Below are positions 56,746 through 64,000 of a DNA stretch of 64,000 bases, one piece after another. The notes under the pieces are model-generated. The model was not told where the DNA came from, made no database searches, and worked only from the letters and a program-made list of their open reading frames with translations. Position 1 is the stretch's first letter. Each line of letters begins with the position of its first letter. Made by a program: the position numbers and the translations under genes. Where the stretch lies: positions 3,385-67,384 of the forward strand of contig JAQUSD010000002.1 of NCBI GenBank assembly GCA_028715295.1, written 5' to 3'. Origin of the DNA: Candidatus Nanoarchaeia archaeon. GTDB lineage: Archaea > Nanobdellota > Nanobdellia > JAQUSD01.

Positions 56746-58504
56746 CTTTTTTCTTCCTCTTTATTCTTGCAATTTCTTCCATTACTTTTTTAGATTCATC
56801 AGAAACATAATCCATAAACTTCTTTCTTATCAGCTTAAAGTCATCTTCCCTTACATCAGTGATTAATTCCTCACCCAGCTTTATACTTCTGCCTATTACA
56901 GCTCCGGGGATTGAAACAGCCATTTTGTCACCCTGAGACGCTTTTTCAATTGTTTCTCCTTCTTTATGAAGCTGTTTAATAGTTCCAACATCAACACCTT
57001 CAGAGTTAAGAAGAGTCATTTCATTTCTAATTTCTCCTGCAATAACATCAACTCCAACTATTGCAGGATTGCTCTGCCTGAAAACATATTCTGGAAGAAT
57101 TTTAATTTTTGAAGGAATTGTAAGCTTTGAAAGTTCTTCTTTCTTCTGCTCTTCTTCTTTTTCTTTTTTCCATTTGTTATAAGTATCAACAATTTCGTAT
57201 ATTACATTTGAAGTTATTATCTTGACTTTCTCTTTCTGATTTACAATTTCAGCATCTTGGGAAACAGCAACGTTAAAACCCATAATAACTCCAAGAAAAG
57301 CATCCTTATGTTTGACATCAGACGCCTCGATTATATCAGTTTTTGTGATATCCCCAATTGATGCTTTTTTAACTGGAATATGATTTTTTTCAAAAAGCAT
57401 TATTGAAGCTTCAAGAGCGCCAAGAGTGTCTGCCTTGACTGTAACTCCGCTTATATTTTTATCAAGCTGAACATTTCCAACAGATGCTTTTATCTCATGT
57501 TTAACATTTTCAAGCTTGTTTTTATCCCACACTGCTTCAAAAGGAACTCCTGCAACAACATTATCAATTCCAGGTGCGGAAATTCTAAAACCCGCTGACG
57601 CGTGTATTTCGGGTATATTTTCAAATTTTCCTTTTTCCCTCAACTCTTTAAGAGGTGATGGTTTTAACAAAGCCCTTACTTTTGTAACAATGGGTTCTTC
57701 CAGACTGCCAATAACAATTGTATCTCCTGTTTTTATTGCACCGTCAAATATAACAACATCCATTGCTCTTCCCAAGCCCTGAACATTTTTTATTTCAATA
57801 ACAGAACCTTTTGCAGGACCGGATATTTCTATTTTAAGTTTTTTTTCAAGAAATCTCTGTGCTAGTCCTGTAAGAACCATTAATAATTCGGGTATGCCTT
57901 CGCCTGTTGCTCCTGAGCACGGAATGATTGCTATTTGTTTTGTGTAGTCATCAATTCTGTCAAATCTTTCAGACTGAAATCCATAATTTGAAAGTGTCAG
58001 AACAATCTCATAGATTTTTTCATCAACCATTGACTTTATACTCTGCCCTTGTTTTGAAAATGATTCAGTGAAACATGCTTCTGGGTTTTTCCTCCACCCA
58101 TTTATCAAATCAACCTGCGAAGCTGCTATCACAAAAGGAACTTTAAATTCCTTGAGAATTTCTATTGACTCTATTGTCTGAGGTTTTATTCCTTCATTTA
58201 TATTTATAACAAGAATTGCTAAATCAGCGATAGTACTTCCTCGCTTTCTGAGTGAAGAGAATGCTGCGTGTCCGGGAGTGTCTATCATAAGAAGTCCTGG
58301 TATTGTTATGTTTTTAATATTTGAGAACAATTTTCCGCATTTTGTCTTTATAACATCAATAGGTATTTCGCTTGCGCCAATGTGCTGCGTTATTCCTGAT
58401 GCTTCTTTTAACTGAACAGTGCTGTGTCTAATCTTGTCTAATAAAGTTGTTTTTCCATGATTTATATGTCCGACTACGCAGACAATGGGCTGGCGCACAG
58501 TCAT
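56729..58504 (-). CDS. infB: Translation initiation factor aIF5B (IF2)
   Basis: RQPIV, GHINHGKT, GITQHIGA, DTPGH, FRQSNPA. Confidence 0.97.
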   Translation of the reverse strand: MTVRQPIVCVVGHINHGKTTLLDKIRHSTVQLKEASGITQHIGASEIPIDVIKTKCGKLFSNIKNITIPGLLMIDTPGHAAFSSLRKRGSTIADLAILVININEGIKPQTIESIEILKEFKVPFVIAASQVDLINGWRKNPEACFTESFSKQGQSIKSMVDEKIYEIVLTLSNYGFQSERFDRIDDYTKQIAIIPCSGATGEGIPELLMVLTGLAQRFLEKKLKIEISGPAKGSVIEIKNVQGLGRAMDVVIFDGAIKTGDTIVIGSLEEPIVTKVRALLKPSPLKELREKGKFENIPEIHASAGFRISAPGIDNVVAGVPFEAVWDKNKLENVKHEIKASVGNVQLDKNISGVTVKADTLGALEASIMLFEKNHIPVKKASIGDITKTDIIEASDVKHKDAFLGVIMGFNVAVSQDAEIVNQKEKVKIITSNVIYEIVDTYNKWKKEKEEEQKKEELSKLTIPSKIKILPEYVFRQSNPAIVGVDVIAGEIRNEMTLLNSEGVDVGTIKQLHKEGETIEKASQGDKMAVSIPGAVIGRSIKLGEELITDVREDDFKLIRKKFMDYVSDESKKVMEEIARIKRKKKATWGL

Positions 58505-58561
58505 AGTTCATCAGAACTTACTAATTATAAGGGCTTTAAAAAGGTTATTAAAAGAATAAGT

Positions 58562-59077
58562 TTAATCTTTCTTGAATGCTTTTCTTCCAATAGTTATAAG
58601 TTCCTCAACCCTCATATAATCAAGAATTTCTTGAGGCTTGAACCAGATGCTAATTTCTTGTTTTGCTTCCTCAGCATTTCCAGACGAGTGTATTACATTT
58701 TTTATAGGGACTTCAATTGAATCAGCATGGGAAAAACTTATATGACAGTAATCCCCTCTTATTGTTCCTGGAAGTGCTGATTTTGGCTCTGTTGCACCAA
58801 CTATCTTCCTTACAACTTCAACAGCATCCGCACCTTCAACAACCATAGCAACAATGGGTCCCTCTGTGATGAATTTAACAAGCATATTTCTTACTTTTTC
58901 CCCTCTTCTTTTTGTTATATCATCTGTATAATGCTTCATTGCGAGATTTTCATCAGCCCATACCATCTTCAGAGCTGTAATTTTCATGCCTCTCCTTTCA
59001 AACCTGTTGATTACTTCTCCAATTAACCCTCTTTCAACTCCATCTGGTTTAATAAGAACTAAACTCTGTTCAATCAT
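58562..59077 (-). CDS. ndk: Nucleoside diphosphate kinase
   Basis: IKPDG, PGTIRGD, NVIHSS. Confidence 0.97.
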   Translation of the reverse strand: MIEQSLVLIKPDGVERGLIGEVINRFERRGMKITALKMVWADENLAMKHYTDDITKRRGEKVRNMLVKFITEGPIVAMVVEGADAVEVVRKIVGATEPKSALPGTIRGDYCHISFSHADSIEVPIKNVIHSSGNAEEAKQEISIWFKPQEILDYMRVEELITIGRKAFKKD

Positions 59078-59083
59078 GTATTA

Positions 59084-59248
59084 TCACTTTTTTTTAAGAA
59101 CCCATTCTAATTTTTTAGGGTCTCTGTTAAGCTTGAACATGTTTTTTTCACACTTTGAAGAACAGAACCAAAACTTTTTAGCGTCTTTTCTAATAAGGAG
59201 TAATCCTGTGCCTGGTTCAATTTCCTTTGAACACATGCTGCATTTCAT
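59084..59248 (-). CDS. rpl24e: 50S ribosomal protein L24e; not in ORF track
   Basis: MKCSMC..EIEPGTG...FCSSKC...RDPKKLEW. Confidence 0.95.
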   Translation of the reverse strand: MKCSMCSKEIEPGTGLLLIRKDAKKFWFCSSKCEKNMFKLNRDPKKLEWVLKKK

Positions 59249-59532
59249 CGCCTTCCCCCTGTTAATGGCGATGCTTCAAGTTCTGTTTCCTTAAGCATTA
59301 AGATGTCCCCAATTCTTACAGGGCCTTTTACATTCCTTCTCAATATTTTTCTTTTGTCAGGACCTTCAAGAATTCTGCATCTAACCTGTGTGCATTCCCC
59401 TCTTACCCCCACCTTTCCAACTAATTCAACTACCTCAGAAGGAAAAGCTTTTCCGTAAAGGTCGCTTTCTTTTACTTCAATTGTTGTTTCTGTTTTTTTC
59501 TCTTCTTTAAGTGTTTTTTTTGCTGCTCCCAT
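59245..59532 (-). CDS. rps28e: 30S ribosomal protein S28e with N-terminal extension
   Basis: [22 protein letters not shown]. Confidence 0.95.
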   Translation of the reverse strand: MGAAKKTLKEEKKTETTIEVKESDLYGKAFPSEVVELVGKVGVRGECTQVRCRILEGPDKRKILRRNVKGPVRIGDILMLKETELEASPLTGGRR

Positions 59533-59548
59533 TATGAATATTCACCTT

Positions 59549-59872
59549 TTACTGATTGTCTTTAAGTTTTTTAATAAGCTGTACTGATTCACCAGCTTCA
59601 ACAACAGCAATTGCAGCTGTAGGAACCTCTATGCCTGTTGCTGCTCCAAGTTCTTTTCTGCTTGGAACCTCAAAATAAGGGATGCCTTTTTCCTTGCAGA
59701 GCGGGCCTAAATGCATTATAATTTCTTTAGGATTTGTATCCAAAGCAACTACAACAAGTTTTGCCTTGTCCCTCTCCACTGCTTTTGTTACTTCATTAGT
59801 TCCTTTTTTTATTTTTCCTGTTGTTCTTGCTGTTTCAACTATTGTAAGAACCTTATCGATATTATCTGCCAT
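59549..59872 (-). CDS. rpl7ae: Ribosomal protein L7Ae
   Basis: GKIKKGTNEVTKAVER, ELGAATG. Confidence 0.96.
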   Translation of the reverse strand: MADNIDKVLTIVETARTTGKIKKGTNEVTKAVERDKAKLVVVALDTNPKEIIMHLGPLCKEKGIPYFEVPSRKELGAATGIEVPTAAIAVVEAGESVQLIKKLKDNQ

Positions 59873-59946
59873 AATTTACACCTCCAATAATGTCATTGGT
59901 TATGAGTGTATAAAATAAGATTTCTTTATAAACGTTTCTAATGAGG

Positions 59947-61650
59947 TTATTTATGACAAAATACAAAGTGATAACCTTTTTTTGAATCAAGTTTTACAAA
60001 GCCGAATCTCTCAAACTGCACCACGCTGTCTATATTTATATCTCTTATAGTCTCTTCTGCATATCCCATTAATGTTTCGATACTGTTCGGGTTATATTTT
60101 CCTTTTACAAAAAGAGGTTTTGGTATTTTAATATCAACTTCAATAAATCCTTCCTTAGTGACCCACTGAATTTTCTTTGTATCAGGCATTAATGCATCGC
60201 CCATAAATGAAGCTTTGATTTTATTCTTTGATTTTTCAACTATCATCACATTGTAAAGTTCTTTAAGACGGAAAACGCTTCCAGCCTTCAAATCCTTCAT
60301 ATCTGCCTTGTCAATGTAAAAATTCTTTTTAGTGTGTACTCTTCTCACACCTTCTTTTTCACTGTGGGGATGTTTTTTAAGCAGAAGCTTTTTTTCAGGT
60401 GCATCAATAACTTCAAGTTCAATAGGGTGTGGAACAAAAAAATATCTGTGCGCTTTTGCATCAAGAGCTTTTCGGTTAAATGCTTCAAGCATATCCATAT
60501 CAATTGTTTTTTCTGCTTTTGAATACCCCACTTCCTTAACAAGCTCCTTAATTGCTTCTGGCTGAATTCCTCTTCTTTTTAACCCCCTCAAAGTTGCAAT
60601 CCTGAAATCATCCCATCCAGTTATTTTATTTTCAAGTATTAACTCCCTTGTTTCCCTTTTTGAAGTAGGGCTTCCCTGGATATTTAACCTTGCAAATTCA
60701 TATGTCCATGGATTTTTTAATCCTAAAAGTTTCCTTATATAATTCTGAACTTCAACCCTTAATTCAAAGCCCTTGTCCCTGAATCTATGTGTTATTTTTG
60801 AATCTTCGATTGATGCTGAAAAATCATAATTAGGCCATACGATATATTTTTCCTCAGTTCTTGGATGGGGGGATTTTATTATTCTAAACATGGTTGGGTC
60901 TCTCATAGCAGTATTTTTGCTTTTCATGTCTGCTTTTAATCTGACTATATAATCACCTGATTTTGTATTTCCTGAAAGCATATCTTTCCATAGTTTAAGA
61001 TTTTCAATCGGCTTCCTGATTCTGCATCTGCATTCTTTCTGCTTCATTCTGTAATCCTTTATTGTGGATTGCGCACAGGAGCATACATACAAATGTCCTT
61101 TTTTCATAAGTTTTTCAGCAGATGAATAATATCTGGGTATGTTGTCAGACATGTAGAGTATGTTTGAACAATCTATGCCAAGCCATCTCATACCCCAAAG
61201 AATTTCCCTGTAAAATTTCTTTTCTGATTTTTTAGGATTTGTGTCTTCAAATCTCAAAATGAATTTTCCATCATACTTCTCAGAATACATATAATTTATG
61301 AGAGAAGCATAAGCATGTCCTAAATGAGGGTAACCGCTTGGTTCAGGAGGGAAACATATGATTACTTTTCTTTTTTTTGCATTTGGGAGCTCGGGAAGTT
61401 CTTTTTTCTCTGGTTTTTTTTCTTCTAAAAATTCCGGAGCCAGTTCCTCAAGTTTCTTAACCTGTTCTTCCTTTGACATGGAGTTGACTTCAACAACTGT
61501 TTTTCCAACTTCCCCTGCAAGTTCTTTTATGTTATTTTTTAACTCAGGTTTTTCGCCAAGAACCCCTGCTATTACAGAACCATTCATGCAGGTTCCATTA
61601 TGTTTTACAGCATTGTTTAAAGCGTGTTTAAGAACTAGATCCTTATCCAT
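59947..61650 (-). CDS. gltX: Glutamyl-tRNA synthetase (archaeal, probably non-discriminating)
   Basis: FPPEPSGYPHLGH, RFEDTNP, MRDP, GWDD, QFERFGF; gatDE present. Confidence 0.95.
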   Translation of the reverse strand: MDKDLVLKHALNNAVKHNGTCMNGSVIAGVLGEKPELKNNIKELAGEVGKTVVEVNSMSKEEQVKKLEELAPEFLEEKKPEKKELPELPNAKKRKVIICFPPEPSGYPHLGHAYASLINYMYSEKYDGKFILRFEDTNPKKSEKKFYREILWGMRWLGIDCSNILYMSDNIPRYYSSAEKLMKKGHLYVCSCAQSTIKDYRMKQKECRCRIRKPIENLKLWKDMLSGNTKSGDYIVRLKADMKSKNTAMRDPTMFRIIKSPHPRTEEKYIVWPNYDFSASIEDSKITHRFRDKGFELRVEVQNYIRKLLGLKNPWTYEFARLNIQGSPTSKRETRELILENKITGWDDFRIATLRGLKRRGIQPEAIKELVKEVGYSKAEKTIDMDMLEAFNRKALDAKAHRYFFVPHPIELEVIDAPEKKLLLKKHPHSEKEGVRRVHTKKNFYIDKADMKDLKAGSVFRLKELYNVMIVEKSKNKIKASFMGDALMPDTKKIQWVTKEGFIEVDIKIPKPLFVKGKYNPNSIETLMGYAEETIRDINIDSVVQFERFGFVKLDSKKGYHFVFCHK

Positions 61651-61705
61651 GGTTCTTAAATAATATATGATACTATCTTATGAATTTTGTGATTTTAATA
61701 AAAAA

Positions 61706-63076
61706 TCATAATTTCAATACTTTTCCATTTGAAAGCACATGGACTGTTTTTCCAAGTTCATAACCCATTTCAAGGGCAAGTTCTGCTGCTGATGAAAGCT
61801 TCATTAACCCCCCATGAGCAGGGATATAATGCATGGGATTCATCATGCTTATTAAGTCCTTTAAGTCTTCTCTTCCACCATGTCCTGAAACATGAACATC
61901 CTTAAAAACCCTGACTCCTCTCTGTCGAAGCTGTTTTTCAAGAATTGCCCTGTTTGCTTCATTAATCGGTGTTGGGATTGTGCTTGCTGAGAATATAACC
62001 TGATCTCCTTCAATAAATTTAAAAGAAAGCTTGTCGTTTGCAACAGATGTAAGAACTGCACCAGGTTCTCCCTGGCATCCTGTTGTTATTAAAAGGTATT
62101 TTTCCCTGTTCTTTTCAAGCTCCTTAAACATTGCTTCTGCTTTTCCTTTTCCCCCGAATATTTTGTATTTCTTTGAGAAATTAACAAGGTTAATTTTTTC
62201 AGCAGCACTTATATAATTCTTCATTGAGCGTCCTACTATTACAGGGATTCTGTTTATGTTTCTTGCAAGTTCAAGTATAGTTATAAGTCTTGCAATATGG
62301 CTTGAAAAAGTAACAACAACTATTGCCTGGCTACTTCCCTTGAGCCAGAAAAGCAAATCCTTAAACATCTCTTTGACAAGACTTTCTGAAAAAGTTCTTG
62401 AATAATCACTTATTCTTACTGTATCAGACATAAGTGCAAGAACCCCTTCATTTCCAAGTTCTCTTAACCTTTTGTAATCTGTTTTCTGTCCTAAAACAGG
62501 ATTCTGGTCAAATTTCCAGTCATTTGCATAGCATATTGCTCCTTTTGGGGTGTGGATTACAACCATTGCTGTCTGCGGGGTGCTGTGGGTCATTTTCACA
62601 AATTCAACAGTTATATTTTCACTTACTTTAAATGTTGAGCCATTGTTCATGGAGATAAGTCTGTTGTCGGGTTTGTATTTTTCCTCTCTGATTAAATTTC
62701 TTAAAACCTGAATTGTAAATGGTGTTCCAATTACAGGACAGTCATAGGTTTTATACGCCATTTTTGGGACAGCACCAACATGGTCAAGATGTGCATGTCC
62801 TACAACAATTGCCTTTACCTGTTTTGCAAAAGGTTTAAGCATAGAATCATCTGGCAGAGCGCCTGCTAATTTTAGTTCTTTTGGGGAAAGCAGATGTATT
62901 TCCAAGTCGCTTTCTGCAACTTTTTCCATATTAAGCCCAATATCAAGAATGACAAATTCATCTCCTACCTTAACAGCGGTCATGTTTCTTCCGCATTCAC
63001 TATAACCTCCAATGGGCCATATTTCCACGTCAATGTCTTTCTTTTTATTCACATTTATGTTTTTTATCAAAACCAC
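61706..63076 (-). CDS. rnj: Archaeal RNase J (beta-CASP metallo-beta-lactamase)
   Basis: GGYSECGRNMT, HAHLDH, HS, DWKFD, HVSGH, PAHG; exact start uncertain. Confidence 0.93.
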   Translation of the reverse strand: MVLIKNINVNKKKDIDVEIWPIGGYSECGRNMTAVKVGDEFVILDIGLNMEKVAESDLEIHLLSPKELKLAGALPDDSMLKPFAKQVKAIVVGHAHLDHVGAVPKMAYKTYDCPVIGTPFTIQVLRNLIREEKYKPDNRLISMNNGSTFKVSENITVEFVKMTHSTPQTAMVVIHTPKGAICYANDWKFDQNPVLGQKTDYKRLRELGNEGVLALMSDTVRISDYSRTFSESLVKEMFKDLLFWLKGSSQAIVVVTFSSHIARLITILELARNINRIPVIVGRSMKNYISAAEKINLVNFSKKYKIFGGKGKAEAMFKELEKNREKYLLITTGCQGEPGAVLTSVANDKLSFKFIEGDQVIFSASTIPTPINEANRAILEKQLRQRGVRVFKDVHVSGHGGREDLKDLISMMNPMHYIPAHGGLMKLSSAAELALEMGYELGKTVHVLSNGKVLKL

Positions 63077-63117
63077 CTTGTGTTATTCTTAATCATAGTT
63101 AAACATAATATATAAAA

Positions 63118-63750
63118 CTACTTCTCTGCAAGAGCGAAGATGTTTCTTGAAAAGAAAGTGAGTTTCTTTGCCTTATCAAGGAAGATACTTATATTTTTAA
63201 ATTTAACTTTTGAAACCAGATTTTTAAACTCTGTTTTTGTGAAAAGGTAATAATATCTTGGATGCTCTTCCCTGTTTTTTTTCCACGGAACAATAACCTC
63301 TTTTTTTGAAAAAATAAATCTTCTCTGCATTTTATTCCATACAGAGATAAGAATTTCTGCTTTTTCTTTCATAGTTTCTTTTATTCTTTTAAGTGAAACT
63401 TCTGCGTCTTCTTTTCCAAGATGGTGCAGGCTTGCAATATAAAGAACTCCGTCAAAAATCTCTTTTTTAAAAGGGGGAAACCTCAAATCTCCAGCAACAT
63501 AAAGTGAATTTGAATCATTTTTCCTTGCAAGCTTCAGCATTTCAAATGAACTGTCAAAACCAACAACCTTGAACCCAATTCTTTGTGCGGGAATGGAATT
63601 TCTCCCGCTTCCGCAACCAGCATCAAGAATAATTTTTCTTTTTTCTTTTTTCCATTTTTCAAGAATTTCAGAAACTTCAGGAAAAGGTTTCTTTCTGTAG
63701 TCATTCCAAAGTTCTGCTATTTTATCATAAGTTTCAATGCTGTCTTTCAT
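63118..63750 (-). CDS. Class I SAM-dependent methyltransferase (Trm9-like)
   Basis: LDAGCGSGRN, IASLHH, VPW...RYYYLF. Confidence 0.85.
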   Translation of the reverse strand: MKDSIETYDKIAELWNDYRKKPFPEVSEILEKWKKEKRKIILDAGCGSGRNSIPAQRIGFKVVGFDSSFEMLKLARKNDSNSLYVAGDLRFPPFKKEIFDGVLYIASLHHLGKEDAEVSLKRIKETMKEKAEILISVWNKMQRRFIFSKKEVIVPWKKNREEHPRYYYLFTKTEFKNLVSKVKFKNISIFLDKAKKLTFFSRNIFALAEK

Positions 63751-64000
63751 TTAACAAACCTGAATTGTATATTATCCCCTACTTTAAGAGGGAGTTCCTT
63801 TACGCTTTCAATAACATACTGTGATTTATTGGATGGTATTATTGCTGTCTGAAACGGTTTTATTTTCTTGATTTCAACAACTGTAAAATTTTTATCAACC
63901 CAGTATATGTGAAGTGGGAAAAAAACAAACACCATATCAAGAGAAAGCAGTGTTTCAGAATTGGATGTAAGAACCATACCATTAAAGTCTCCTTTTCTCT
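63747..64000 (-). CDS. DUF192 family protein, C-terminal part
   Basis: M.FVFFPL.I.WVD...VV......PF.......YVIE. Confidence 0.75.
   Translation of the reverse strand, partial: RKGDFNGMVLTSNSETLLSLDMVFVFFPLHIYWVDKNFTVVEIKKIKPFQTAIIPSNKSQYVIESVKELPLKVGDNIQFRFVK

Noticed and set aside
207-63852. Numerous antisense Phe/Ser/Ile-rich ORFs in the track
   Set aside because: Shadows of Lys/Glu-rich genes on the opposite strand
1-64000. Provirus, transposon or defence island
   Set aside because: No integrase, transposase, capsid, restriction-modification or cas motifs recognised, and no att-like duplication of the tRNA-Pro end noticed

Overview
AT-rich, gene-dense archaeal chromosome segment (TATA promoters, GGTGA Shine-Dalgarno sites, standard genetic code). 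Gene content and style suggest a DPANN-type archaeon (inference only). It is mostly housekeeping: gatCAB, gatDE, gltX, pelota, ftsZ, sepF, DNA ligase, radA, srp54, ftsY, KEOPS genes, RNA polymerase subunits, many ribosomal proteins, aIF2-gamma, aIF5B, RNase J, tRNA-Pro(TGG) and a stand-alone 5S rRNA. Several real genes under 60 aa are missing from the ORF track (rpoP, rpl39e, rplX, rpl24e, a histone, zinc fingers). I found no CRISPR array, integrase or transposase. The most interesting observations are: (1) a ~210-nt highly paired RNA with its own TATA box next to the 5S gene, leading into a tiny Cys4/lysine-rich protein; (2) an aIF2-gamma gene with no canonical in-frame start codon; (3) a tandem pair of short face-to-face-type histones; (4) an array of five small, partly paralogous ORFs coupled to gatE; (5) further candidate structured RNAs at ~49.1 kb, ~20.6 kb and in the ftsZ leader; (6) a PPR-like repeat protein and an MNT-MNT-HEPN fusion inside an rRNA-modification locus. 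All calls rest on reading the sequence by eye; no searches or folding programs were run.
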